A DNA stretch of 64,000 nt from an uncultured Gemmatimonadales bacterium (lineage in GTDB: Bacteria; Gemmatimonadota; Gemmatimonadetes; Gemmatimonadales; GWC2-71-9), in assembly GCA_963821525.1 (NCBI GenBank), contig CAWGED010000005.1, forward strand, positions 704,001 to 768,000. The letters run 5' to 3'. Of this stretch, positions 31,767 to 41,884 are shown piece after piece (positions within the stretch are counted from its first letter, which is position 1; each line of letters opens with the position of its first letter). The notes under the pieces are model-generated. The model worked only from the letters and a program-made list of their open reading frames with translations. It was not told the DNA's origin and searched no databases. A program made the translations under genes and the position numbers.

Positions 31767-33481
31767 TTACCAATCCCGACCGCCGGTCGGACCGCTCTGC
31801 GCAGGGCGCCCTTCGTGGCTCGCAAGTTGTTCCCGCTCAATGGTTTCCAGAAGGCGGCGGGCCCGCTCCGAGTCCAGCTCCGGAGCCGATTCGCCCTCGC
31901 CCTCTCCCTGGCCGCCACCGGCCATCGCTCCGACCGCCGATTCCCGGGCTCCCTCGTAGCCTTCCTCGCGCATCTGTCCCCGGCCCGCCATGCCGCGGCC
32001 GGTTCCCCGAGAGCCAGGGCCGTCGGTATCGCCGCGGCGCCGGAGAGCCAGCTCGAGATTCCACTTGGCTTCCTGGTCTCCCGGATCGATCCGCAGGGCT
32101 TCCTCATATGCCGCGATCGAGCGGCGCAGATGATCGCCCTGGCCCTCGGCGTCCTCGTCGGCGCGCAGGAATGCATTGCCGAGGTTGAACCAGGTCCACT
32201 CCTTGAGGCGGGCGGATCCGCCCTGGGCGGACTGCCAGGACTTGGTGGCATCGAGGTAGTGGCGCATGCGGTACTGGGCATTGCCCGAGTTGTAGCGCAC
32301 GGCTGGATTGCCGTCCTGTGCCGCGGCGCGGGAGAAGGCTTGATACGCCTCGTCGAACTTGCCTGCCTCGTAGAGCTGCTCGGCCGGTGATCAGATCCTG
32401 GCGACCCTTGCCACAGGTCGTCGTGCCGGCGACCAGCACAATTCCAGCCGCCTTGGCGAGGAGCGCGGGAATCTCCCGACCTGCCTTGCCCGGCAGACCC
32501 AGCAGTAGATCGAGACTCAGCAGCAGGACCGCGATCGCGAGGGGCCATTGATAGCGCTCGGTCGGTTCGCTGGCCTGTTGCTCACCCATCATGCGAGCCT
32601 GGAGCGATGCGAGAGCGGTGGAGACTCGCTGCAGTGCCTGTGGGTCGTCCCACCGCGCGTAGCCACCGTCGCTCGCCATGGCGATCGCTTTGAGATCGTC
32701 CTCGTTGAGGTGGGTGACGACCTGCCGACCGATGTGATCCAGGAACCAGGGACCTACCTCCGAGCCTGAATCGGAAGGCATGCGGGCCCCTTCGGCCGTG
32801 CCCACACCGACCGCAAAGACCGGAACCCGGGTTACCCGCAGGGAATCGAAGATCGCGGGAGCGAGCGGCTCAGAGTTTTCACCGTCCGACAATAGGACGA
32901 TGGCGCGTGAGCCTGACGGTGTGCCCTCACGACTGAGCGTATGCAGGCCGACCTTGATCGGTGCCGAGAGATCGGTGGCGGGGTCGCCGATCTGATCGGG
33001 CGACGCGGCGCTGAGGAAGAGCTGGAAGGTTCCGAAGTCGGTCGTGGGCGGAAGCTGAAGGAATCCGCCGCCACCGAAAACCACGAGACCGATCCGGTCG
33101 CCAGGGGAAACCGCGGCGAGCTGCCAGGCGAGTTGCTTGGCGCGCTCGAGCCGAGTCTCTCCTACATCTTCGGCCCGCATCGAGCGGGAGAGGTCGAGGG
33201 CCACGATGATGTCGCGGCCAGTTCGCGCGAGCGGCGCCGGGTGCCGTCCCCACTGGGGTCGCGCCAGCGCCAGCACCAACGCCAGTACACCGAGGCCTCG
33301 AAGCCAGGGGCGCAGCCGTCTCTCCGGGAATCGTGGGGACCGAGGAGGTGCGGGCCACGAGCTCCGGTGCGGCGAAATCGGCGAGGGCCTGGCGCCGGGC
33401 GCGAGATCCCCGACGCTCCAAGACGAAGACCAGCGGCGCGGCCAGGGCAACCAGCAAGAGCAGCGGGTGCGCGAAAGTCAT
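31767..33481 (-). CDS. BatB/BatC-like VWA + TPR protein (frameshifts near 33340 and 32380)
   Basis: MTFAHP, LALARPQWG, DLSRSM MIDAS, LLSDGE, ERYQWPL, then TPR YNSGNA/FNLGNA/AKWNLEL and ending RDW. Confidence 0.82.
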
Positions 33482-34471
33482 GGCAGCCGCCGGAGCCAGG
33501 TGTTTTCCAGCGCGGCGCCGGAGCAGGTGAGGACCAGCCCCAGGAAGAGCATCCAGGGGAACAGTTCGTGGTACCGCCTGGTCTCATTTACCTCGACCTC
33601 GATCCGTTCCAGCGGATCGATCTCGGCCATGATCCGGTTGAGGCCTTCGGGATCACTCGCGCGGTAGTACTGGCCCCCGGTCCGCGCCGCGAGGGACTTT
33701 AGCGCCGCTTCGTCCCGTCCTTCGAGCCGGGGCGAGAGGGTGCGCACGCTCCACACCCCGTTCAGCCAGGTCTGCGAGGTGTCGCTCGAGCTGAGGCCGA
33801 TCGCGTGCACTCGAATCCCCAGAGCACGAGCCGCTTCGGCGGCCATCGGGGGACTCGGCTCGCCGGTGTTGTTGGCGCCGTCGGTAATGAGCACGATGGT
33901 GCAGGCGCCGGCCGGCAGATTCTTGAGCTGGTTGAGGCTCAGGGCGAGAGCGGTCCCGATCGCGGTGCCGTCGGGCAGCAAGCCGATCTGCACCTGTTCA
34001 ATCAATCGGTCGAGCACGGCAACGTCGGTTGTGAGCGGAGCCTGCAGGTAGGCCCGGCCGGCGAAGATCACGAGGCCAACGAGATCTCCCTGGCGGCGAC
34101 GCACAAACTCACGAACCGTTTCGCGTGCCACGGCGAGGCGGTTGCCCGGCTTAAAGTCCGTCGCCTTCATGCTGCTCGAGATATCGAGCGCCACGATGAT
34201 GTTGCGCGACTTGAGGCGAGTGGGTTCGGCCTTGCCGGCCACTTGGGGACGGGCCAGTGCCACGATCAAGAGGACGAGACCGCTCGCCAGCAACACGGCC
34301 GGCAGCCGGCGCCACTGGACGCGTGCCGATTGCGATTGCGGATGGGAGGAACCGCAAGGCAGGGAAGGCGAGACGGCGGACCGGCAGCCCTCGTCCCGCG
34401 CGCCAGGATCGCCAGACCCAGAGGCATGGCGCCAACAAGGCCAGGAGGAGCAGCGGGTCAGCGAAGCGCAT
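33478..34471 (-). CDS. batA: BatA-like VWA domain protein (frameshift near 34325)
   Basis: MRFADP, IVALARPQ, DISSSM MIDAS, GTAIG, LITDGANN, TGGQYYRA. Confidence 0.85.
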
Positions 34472-35393
34472 CCACCACCTCGAACCGGGCCGATTGATTC
34501 CATTCGGAGAGGAGCCGGCGAGCGGCAGCGAGATGATCCATCGCAGCCTCGCGGTCAGGCCGAACGGCGGCGAAGCGGACCAGGTCTCCCGCCGCAAGCA
34601 GCTGCATCATCCGGGCGGCGCCTTCGGCTTCAGCCACAGTCCGAGGGAGAACCTCGCTCAACTCCGGCGTAGTGAGACTGGCCGTGCCAACCATGCCGGC
34701 GTCTACCAGTGCCGCCCGCAGGATATCCCGTACGTTGGAATACAGCTCAGGTACCCCATCCCCACTGGCTCGCGCTTGTGCCTCCAGCCGATCCAGTTCC
34801 GCCAGGGCCTTGTTGAAGGGCGCTCGTGCCCGGATCGCGGTGACGGTCGTTCCAGACGCTGTTCGCTCCCGACGCGTCGTCCGCACGATCACCAGCACAC
34901 CGGCCAGAACCACCAGCAGAAGAACGATCAGCGGCGCCCAGCGTGGCGGTCCGACGTCGGCCAGCGGGCGAATGTCCTTGAGCTGGGGGCTTCCTGCCGG
35001 CGCCAGACCGGAAACCGTGATCGAGACCGGCTGATGCACCAGGGTATCGATGGGCTGGTCGCTCCTGGGGCGGAACAAGAGCGCCAAGGTCGGCACGGGC
35101 TGGTTGCCGAGCCGGTAGAACGCGAAGCGAACCGTGCCGTGGAAGGTTCCCTCACGATCGGCCCGCAGGGAGTCTCCTCCCAAATATTGAACGCCGTCGG
35201 GTGTAGGAATCAGAGGGCGGGGAACCCGGTCAACCAACTCTTGTCCGGAATCGAGTCGAGCGGTGACGTCCATGATCACCGGATCGCCGAGGAGGACCCT
35301 GCCGGGCCGGATGCTCACGGTCAGCGATTGGGCATGAGCCGTCCCGGCGACACTTCCGGCGAGAATGCCTGCGATCAGCGCTACCCGCAGCAT
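34458..35393 (-). CDS. Bat-operon membrane-anchored protein (BatD/DUF4381-like)
   Basis: Signal peptide, beta-rich domain, LKDIRP followed by a TM, C-terminal LTTPEL...DLVRFA. Confidence 0.7.
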   Translation of the reverse strand: MLRVALIAGILAGSVAGTAHAQSLTVSIRPGRVLLGDPVIMDVTARLDSGQELVDRVPRPLIPTPDGVQYLGGDSLRADREGTFHGTVRFAFYRLGNQPVPTLALLFRPRSDQPIDTLVHQPVSITVSGLAPAGSPQLKDIRPLADVGPPRWAPLIVLLLVVLAGVLVIVRTTRRERTASGTTVTAIRARAPFNKALAELDRLEAQARASGDGVPELYSNVRDILRAALVDAGMVGTASLTTPELSEVLPRTVAEAEGAARMMQLLAAGDLVRFAAVRPDREAAMDHLAAARRLLSEWNQSARFEVVDALR

Positions 35394-35395
35394 GT

Positions 35396-36275
35396 TCAGG
35401 CCGTGCGACGGTCCCGGCGGCCGAAGAAGGCGGCCAGCGGTTCGGAGTAGGGCCGATCGGTTGAGAGCCGCAGCAGGTCGATCCGATTAGCGTGGCAGCG
35501 GCTGCGCCAGGCTCGACTCGAACTCGGCCCACCGATCGTGGAGCTGACGGCGCGTCGCCTCGAGGGAGAGGTCCACAGTCGTCCAGTCCCCGGTCTCGGG
35601 GTCCCATAGAGTAGCGAGGCCAATCGAAGGCAGCGCCCGTTCCCGCGGGTCACTGAGCTGGATCGCTACCACGTCGTGCCGCGGAGCGAGTCGTTCCATG
35701 GCGCCCCATTGGTCGGGATCCATGAAATCCGAAATCACGACGACAGCGGCGCGGCGACGGAGCAGTGGTTCGAGATAGTCGAGCGCGAGCGGCAGGTTGG
35801 TTCCGCGGCCGACCGGCTCGACACCGAGGACCCGGTCCACGATCGTCAGGGCATGGCGCCGGCCGCTCCGGGGCGGTGCGAACCACTCGATGCGATCGGT
35901 ATACAGCACCGCCCCGACCCGGTCACGATGCCGCGTCCCGGCCAACGCCAGGACCGCAGCGAGCTCGGCTGCGAGATCCCGCTTGGTGCGCAGGGCTGAG
36001 CCGAAGTGGCCCGACGCACTCACATCGATCACCAGGAGGACGGTGAGCTGCCGCTCCTCACGAAACCGCTTCACGTAGGGGACGCCGAGTCGCGCCGTGA
36101 CGTTCCAGTCGATCGTGCGAATGTCGTCTCCCGCCATGTACTCTCGCACTTCGGCGAACTCCACCCCACGTCCGCGGAACACACTCGCGTAGTCGCCAGC
36201 GGCGAGACTCCGGACCAGGCCGCGAGTCGTGATTTCCAGCTGGCGTACGACGCGTACGAGTTCCGCAGGGATCAC
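35396..36275 (-). CDS. DUF58 domain protein (frameshift near 35495)
   Basis: GRGVEFAEVREY..GDDIRTIDWNVTAR, DVSAS, ISDF. Confidence 0.9.
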
Positions 36276-37297
36276 CGGACCGGCACCGCTTCGAGAATCC
36301 GATCCAGGATCTGATCGGTTGACACGCCTTCGGCTTCGGCCCGGTAGGTGGGAATGAGCCGGTGCCGGAGGGTGTCGTGAGTCATCTGCTTCACATCCTC
36401 GGGGAGCACATAGGCTCGGCCGGCGAGGAAGGCGTGGGCCTTGGCCGCCTTGAGCAGGTGAATCCCTGCCCGGGGCGAGGCGCCGAACTGCACCAGCGTC
36501 TCCAGATCCTTGAGCCCGATCGAGGCGGGTGCCCGGGTCGCGGCCATGAGATCGAGCACGTACTCCTTGATTCGCTCGTCCACGTGCATGGCCCTTACTT
36601 CCGCGCGGGCTGAGAGGACGCGGGCGGGATCGAGTACCGCGTTCGCCGTCGGCTCGGGGCCATCAGTCATGCGATCGAGAATGCCGCGCTCCTCGGCCCG
36701 ACTGGGATATCCCACCAACAGCTTGAAGAGGAAACGGTCCACCTGCGCCTCGGGCAGGGGATACGTGCCCTCGTGCTCCAGCGGGTTCTGGGTCGCGAGG
36801 ACCACGAAGAGCTCGGGGAGGGGGTAGGACTCTCCACCGATTGTCACCTGCCGTTCCTGCATCGCTTCGAGGAGGGCACTCTGCACCTTGGCGGGTGCAC
36901 GATTCACCTCATCGGCGAGGAGGACGTTGGTGAATACCGGGCCCTTCTGGACCGTGAAGTCGCCGGACTTCTGATTGTAGACCAGTGTGCCAATGAGGTC
37001 GGCTGGCAAGAGGTCCGGTGTGAACTGGACCCGGCGGGATTCGCTGCGGATCGTGGCCGCGAGGGAACGGGCTGCCAGAGTCTTGGCCAGCCCCGGAAGA
37101 CCCTCGAGGAGGAGATGGCCGTCGGCCAGGATCCCGATCATGAGCCGCTCGAGCAGCACCTTCTGTCCAACGATGACCCGGCCGATCTCGTCCAATGCGG
37201 CGCGGAAGGGTTGGCTCAGCGCCTCGATTTCCGGTCCGCGTTCCAACGCGGAGCCGGTGCGGAAACGTTCCAGGGTACTCGACTCCGGATTCATCAT
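36272..37297 (-). CDS. MoxR family AAA+ ATPase (MRP-type)
   Basis: LLEGLPGLAKT, QFTPDLLPAD, DEVNRAPAKVQSALLEAMQE, TQNPLE.EGTYPLPEAQVDRF, GASPRA. Confidence 0.95.
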   Translation of the reverse strand: MMNPESSTLERFRTGSALERGPEIEALSQPFRAALDEIGRVIVGQKVLLERLMIGILADGHLLLEGLPGLAKTLAARSLAATIRSESRRVQFTPDLLPADLIGTLVYNQKSGDFTVQKGPVFTNVLLADEVNRAPAKVQSALLEAMQERQVTIGGESYPLPELFVVLATQNPLEHEGTYPLPEAQVDRFLFKLLVGYPSRAEERGILDRMTDGPEPTANAVLDPARVLSARAEVRAMHVDERIKEYVLDLMAATRAPASIGLKDLETLVQFGASPRAGIHLLKAAKAHAFLAGRAYVLPEDVKQMTHDTLRHRLIPTYRAEAEGVSTDQILDRILEAVPVR

Positions 37298-37357
37298 CGG
37301 TCCAAGGCCGCGAGAGTGTGAAGTGGGAATATACGCGGTATGTTTTGCCCCGAACCC

Positions 37358-38110
37358 ATGAGTCACGATCCGGCCTCCACCGACCAGCCTCACGGCTTCC
37401 CGCTGACTCGCGATTCGGTACTCGTCGAGCTCAGGAGCGAAGACCGGGAGAAACGGGAGCGGGCGTGGGAATCGCTGGCCGCAGCATACTGGCGCCCGGT
37501 GTATTGCCATATCCGCTTGCGGTGGAATGCCTCACGGGAAGATGCGCAGGACCTGACCCAGGACTTCTTTCTGCGTGCCTTGGGTGGAAACTTTTTCGAG
37601 GGATACGATCCGGGGCGAGCACGGTTCCGTACCTTCCTTCGAACCTGTCTGGATCGGTTCCTCAGCAATGAACAGCGAAACGCCGGCCGCGAGAAGCGAG
37701 GCGGCGGCATCATTTTCCTCCCGATTGATGTCGGAGAGATCGAAGCGGATCTCCTCGCGAACGGCGATCCGGAGCCCGATCCGGACCAGACCTTTCACCG
37801 GGAGTGGATTCGCAGTCTGTTCATTCTCGCGGTGGACGCGTTGCGCGCCGAGTGTGCCACGGCGGGAAAGGAAGTGCAGTTCTCGATATTCGAGCGGGCC
37901 GACCTGCTGCCCGTCGAGGGCGTCGAGCGGCCGAGTTATCGTGACCTCGCCGAAGAATTCAAGCTTCCCGTGACCCAAGTGACCAACTACCTCGCGTTTG
38001 CCCGCAGGGAGTTCCGAAGATTGGCGCTGGAGCGTCTGGCCTCGTTGTGCGGCAGCGAGGAGGAATACCAGGCGGAGGCCCGCGAACTCTTCGGGATCGC
38101 ATCGCCATGA
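37358..38110 (+). CDS. ECF RNA polymerase sigma factor
   Basis: YWRPVY..IR....DAQDLTQDFF...RFRTFL..C, REKRGGG, region 4 SYRDLAEEF. Confidence 0.88.
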   Translation: MSHDPASTDQPHGFPLTRDSVLVELRSEDREKRERAWESLAAAYWRPVYCHIRLRWNASREDAQDLTQDFFLRALGGNFFEGYDPGRARFRTFLRTCLDRFLSNEQRNAGREKRGGGIIFLPIDVGEIEADLLANGDPEPDPDQTFHREWIRSLFILAVDALRAECATAGKEVQFSIFERADLLPVEGVERPSYRDLAEEFKLPVTQVTNYLAFARREFRRLALERLASLCGSEEEYQAEARELFGIASP

Positions 38111-39129
38111 CCCGGATCTCTGACGCGGCGCTGGAACACCTGCGCGATGTGGCGGAGTGGCCGGAGCTCACCGGCAACCGCTATGAGATTACTGGCGCGC
38201 TGGGGCAGGGCGGCATGGGGACGGTGTTCCTGGCCCGCGATCGCGAGCTGGAGAGAGAGGTGGCGCTCAAAGTTCTGCGCGCGGCGGCCTCTACTCCGGA
38301 CACGGCCCTGCGACTCCGGCGTGAGGCTCGCATTCTCGCGCAGTTAGAGCATCCGGGCATCGTGCCGGTTCACGATGTCGGCCGGCTGCCCGATGGGCGG
38401 GTCTACTATGTGATGAAGCTGGTCCGCGGCGTCCGGCTCGATCAGTATGCCCGTGCCGCGGTGCTCACCGATCTGCTTCGGCTGTTTCTCCGAATCTGCG
38501 AGACGATTGGCTTCGCCCATGCGCAGGGCGTGGTACACCGGGATTTGAAGCCAGGGAACATCATGGTGGGGGCGTTTGGGGAAGTGTTGGTAATGGATTG
38601 GGGGATCGCGAAGGTGGGGGGAGAGGCGGGAAGGCGGGAGGGCGGGAAGGCGGAAGGACATGCCGCGGACGAGGCGGACAGGCTTGCCCCGAGCGGAAGC
38701 GAGGGGACGGACAATGCGGATACCGCTCCGGGCACCGTACTCGGCACGCCGGGATTCATGTCCCCTGAGCAGGAGAGGGGAGACGTCGAGCAGATCGATG
38801 CCCGGAGCGATGTGTATAGCCTCGGTGCGGTGCTCCGGCTTCTCGTCACTGGATCGGAGGGACAGCTCGCGAGACTGGAGGCGCCGCTTCGGCCTCTGCG
38901 AGCGATCTGGCGGAAGGCGATGGCCCCTATCCCCGGCGATCGGTACCCCTCCGCTCAGGCCCTGGCCGAAGACGTCGCCCGTTATCTCGACGCCCAGCCA
39001 GTCGGAGCCTACGAGGAGCCGCTGCTGGAGAAAGGGCGTCGCATCGTTGCCAAGTATCAGACGCCGATCCTGTTGGTGCTGGCCTATTTGGCCATGAGGA
39101 TTTTGTTCCTGGTGACGCGGGGGATGTGA
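38107..39129 (+). CDS. Hanks-type Ser/Thr protein kinase with a single C-terminal TM
   Basis: LGQGGMGTV, VALK, HRDLKPGN, DWGIAK, GTPGFMSPEQ, DVYSLG. ATGA overlap with the sigma gene. Confidence 0.93.
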   Translation: MTRISDAALEHLRDVAEWPELTGNRYEITGALGQGGMGTVFLARDRELEREVALKVLRAAASTPDTALRLRREARILAQLEHPGIVPVHDVGRLPDGRVYYVMKLVRGVRLDQYARAAVLTDLLRLFLRICETIGFAHAQGVVHRDLKPGNIMVGAFGEVLVMDWGIAKVGGEAGRREGGKAEGHAADEADRLAPSGSEGTDNADTAPGTVLGTPGFMSPEQERGDVEQIDARSDVYSLGAVLRLLVTGSEGQLARLEAPLRPLRAIWRKAMAPIPGDRYPSAQALAEDVARYLDAQPVGAYEEPLLEKGRRIVAKYQTPILLVLAYLAMRILFLVTRGM

Positions 39130-39190
39130 GGGGGCGGAAGACGGAATGGCGGAATGGCGGGAGGGCGGACAAGACGGACGAGGCGGACGT
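39130..39190. repeat. 8/9-mer tandem array downstream of the kinase
   Basis: GGCGGAAGACGGAATGGCGGAATGGCGGGAGGGCGGACAAGACGGACGAGGCGGACG. Confidence 0.7.
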
Positions 39191-39264
39191 TTAAAGGTTC
39201 TGGCTCTGACGGGTAATAGAAGAATGCGGCTGGTAAAGCTTGGCCAACCACAAGGAGAATCACC

Positions 39265-39630
39265 ATGAACAAGCCGGTGCTGGGTCTGGTCCTGGGAGGC
39301 GTTTTGGGTGCACTCGACGGGCTAACGGCCTTGGTCTCGGCGCCCGAGGTGGCTCCTCAGATCGTGGGGATCGTGATCGGGTCGATGGGGAAAGGACTGG
39401 TGGCGGGTCTACTGATCGGATGGATCGCCCGGAAGCTTCATTCGCTCCCGCTTGCTCTTCTCATCGGCTTGGGGATCGGTGCGCTCCTCGCACTGCCGTT
39501 CGCCTTGGGGACCGATCCCACCACCGGCAAGCGTTACTTCTGGGAGATCATGATTCCCGGCTCGATTGTGGGACTCATGGTGGGATACGCCACCCAGAAA
39601 TTTGGCCGGCCGGCCGCGCAGAGCGCCTGA
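39265..39630 (+). CDS. Small 4-TM hypothetical membrane protein
   Basis: AAGGAG RBS; four Gly-rich hydrophobic segments. Confidence 0.8.
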   Translation: MNKPVLGLVLGGVLGALDGLTALVSAPEVAPQIVGIVIGSMGKGLVAGLLIGWIARKLHSLPLALLIGLGIGALLALPFALGTDPTTGKRYFWEIMIPGSIVGLMVGYATQKFGRPAAQSA

Positions 39631-39666
39631 TCGTCACAGCTTCCAACCCGTCGAGAGGAGCAACTC

Positions 39667-40031
39667 ATGCCGCGTCCCATTCACTTCGAGATTCCCGCCG
39701 ACAATCCGGAGCGGGCCATCGGTTTCTACAAAGGCGTGTTCGGATGGACCTTCCAGAAATGGGATGGGCCGATGCCCTACTGGATGGTGCTGACGGGCGA
39801 GAACACACCCGGGATCGACGGCGGCATCCATCCGCGAGCGCACCCGGGGCAGGGCCCGGTCAACACAGTGGATGTGCCTTCGTGCGATGACTTCGCGAAG
39901 CGGGTAGAGAAGGCGGGGGAAAGATCGTCGTTCCCAAGATGGCGATCCCGGGGATCGGCTGGCTGGCCTACTGTAGCGATCCGGAGGGGAACACCTTCGG
40001 GATCCTGCAGGCGGACGACAAGGCGGCCTGA
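39667..40031 (+). CDS. VOC/glyoxalase family protein (frameshift near 39918)
   Basis: IHFEIPADNPERA..FY..VFGW...GIDGGI. Shifted frame continues KIVVPKMAIPGIGWLAYCSDPEGNTFGILQ. Confidence 0.88.
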
Positions 40032-40041
40032 GGCGCGACGC

Positions 40042-41139
40042 TCAGCTGGAGAAACGGAACAGCATCACGTCGCCGTCCTGGACCACGTACTCACGGCCTT
40101 CGGCGCGGGCGAGACCCTGCTCCCGGGCGGGCTTCCACCCTCCGATGCGGACGAAAACGTCGTAGGCGACGGTTTCGGCCCGGATAAAGCCCTTCTCGAA
40201 ATCGGAGTGGATTACGCCCGCGGCCTGGGGCGCCTTGTCCCCGCGGTGGATGGTCCAGGCGCGCACTTCCTTCTCTCCGGCGGTGAAATAGCTCTGCAAG
40301 CCGAGCAGGTGATAAGCGGCCTTGGCGAGACGATCCAGGCCCGACTCGGTGACGCCGAGTGAGGAGAGGAATTCGCCGCGATCGGCTTGGGGAAGCTCGC
40401 TGAGCTCCGCTTCCACCTTGCCGGAAAAGACGACCAGGTCGGCCTCTTCACCCTCTTTGTTGATGGCGGCCTGGAGTGCTGCCACGTGGCGGTTGCCGGC
40501 CGCGATCTCATTCTCGAGCACGTTGGCGGCGTAGAGCACCGGCTTCGCGGTGAGGAGATTGAACGACCGATAGGTCGGGGCCTCCTCCTCGGTGGGTACC
40601 ACGGTGCGTGCGGAGCGGCCCTCGGCGAGTGCGGCCTGCAACTGCTGCAGGAGGCGCGACTCGATCTTCGCCTGGGGGTCGCCTGACTTGGCGGCCCGGC
40701 TCGCCTTGTCGAGACGCTTCTCGACGCCGGCCAGGTCGGCAAGGCCAAGCTCAATGCCGATGATTTCCCGGTCGCGGACGGGGTCCACGCTGCCGGTCAC
40801 GTGCTGCACGTCGGGATCGTCGAAGCAGCGAATCACGTGGACGATCGCGTCTACCTCGCGAATGTTCGCGAGGAACTGGTTCCCCAGCCCTTCCCCCTGG
40901 CTCGCCCCCTTCACCAGTCCGGCGATATCCAGGAACTCGACCACCGCAGGGATCGACTTCTGCGGCTTCACGATGTCGGCGAGGGTATCGAGGCGAGGAT
41001 CGGGGACGGTGACGACCCCGGTGTTCGGTTCAATGGTCGCGAACGGATAGTTCGCCACCAGGGCACCCGCACTGGTCAGGGCATTGAAGAGGGTGGACTT
41101 GCCGACGTTGGGTAGACCAACAATTCCTAGTCTGAGCAT
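40042..41139 (-). CDS. ychF: Redox-regulated ATPase YchF
   Basis: GIVGLPNVGKSTLFNA, NYPFATIEPN, DIAGLV.GAS.GEGLGNQFL, HSDFEKGFIRAE. Confidence 0.97.
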   Translation of the reverse strand: MLRLGIVGLPNVGKSTLFNALTSAGALVANYPFATIEPNTGVVTVPDPRLDTLADIVKPQKSIPAVVEFLDIAGLVKGASQGEGLGNQFLANIREVDAIVHVIRCFDDPDVQHVTGSVDPVRDREIIGIELGLADLAGVEKRLDKASRAAKSGDPQAKIESRLLQQLQAALAEGRSARTVVPTEEEAPTYRSFNLLTAKPVLYAANVLENEIAAGNRHVAALQAAINKEGEEADLVVFSGKVEAELSELPQADRGEFLSSLGVTESGLDRLAKAAYHLLGLQSYFTAGEKEVRAWTIHRGDKAPQAAGVIHSDFEKGFIRAETVAYDVFVRIGGWKPAREQGLARAEGREYVVQDGDVMLFRFSS

Positions 41140-41170
41140 GCTATTGGCTGGCGGTTAACGGCTTCCCGTC

Positions 41171-41286
41171 GATTTCAGATTAAAGATTTCAGATTGAACT
41201 GCAGCTATTAGCGAAATTAGCTATTAGCTATTGGCCATTGGCTAACAGCTGACGGCTAATAGCTAATTGCTAACAGCTAATAGCTC
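41171..41286. repeat. AT-rich inverted 7-mer arrays between pth and ychF
   Basis: GATTTCA x2, then TAGCTAT-like units mirrored by GCTAATA-like units (AGCTATTAGC...GCTAATAGCT). Confidence 0.8.
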
Positions 41287-41305
41287 TTGACTTACCGCCT
41301 AAGGC

Positions 41306-41881
41306 TTACGGCTTCAGACTATTAAACCGATTCATCGCCGCCTCGATCCCCTCCAGCACCCAACACTCCACTGCCTCGCACATCGGATCGAGCAACTCGT
41401 TCAGGGCAGAGCGCTCTTCCTTACTGAACTGGTCGAGCACGTAGTCCGCCAGACCTTCCTGCTCCGGTGGAACCGGCCCTACCCCAATCCGGAGCCGAGG
41501 GTATTCCGGGGAGCGGAGGGCGCCTTCGATGCTCTTGAGGCCGTTGTGGCCGCCGGCGGAACCGCCGGGGCGAAGGCGGAAGCGGCCGATCGGGAGGGCC
41601 ACGTCGTCCACCACGATCAGCAGCTCCTTGGCGGGATCGAAGCCGGATAGCGAACGGAGCGAGGCCAGGGCGGCCCCGCTCCGGTTCATGTAGGTCTGCG
41701 GCTTGATCAGCCTGACGTCGGTTCCTTCGACGTTGCCCTGGGTTTCGCGTGCCGCGGGAACCCGGCGAAAGGCGGGGAAGCGCCAGCGCGCCGCCAACCG
41801 GTCCGCCAGAAGAAACCCGGCGTTGTGCCGGGTATTCTCGTACTCGGGGCCCGGATTCCCCAGGCCCATGATGACCCGCAG
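41306..41881 (-). CDS. pth: Peptidyl-tRNA hydrolase
   Basis: GLGNPG.EY..TRHNAGF, KPQTYMNRSG, GGHNGLKSI, RLRIGVG. Probable CTG start at 41881. Confidence 0.96.
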   Translation of the reverse strand: MRVIMGLGNPGPEYENTRHNAGFLLADRLAARWRFPAFRRVPAARETQGNVEGTDVRLIKPQTYMNRSGAALASLRSLSGFDPAKELLIVVDDVALPIGRFRLRPGGSAGGHNGLKSIEGALRSPEYPRLRIGVGPVPPEQEGLADYVLDQFSKEERSALNELLDPMCEAVECWVLEGIEAAMNRFNSLKP

Positions 41882-41884
41882 GGT

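Noticed and set aside
36272..37297. MoxR as a RavA partner of the decarboxylases (RavA-ViaA-LdcI)
   Set aside because: It is a short MRP-type MoxR in a DUF58/Bat operon, with no C-terminal LARA region, and lies 17 kb from the nearest decarboxylase.
41171..41286. CRISPR array
   Set aside because: Units are 7 nt with no unique spacers, and no cas genes are present.
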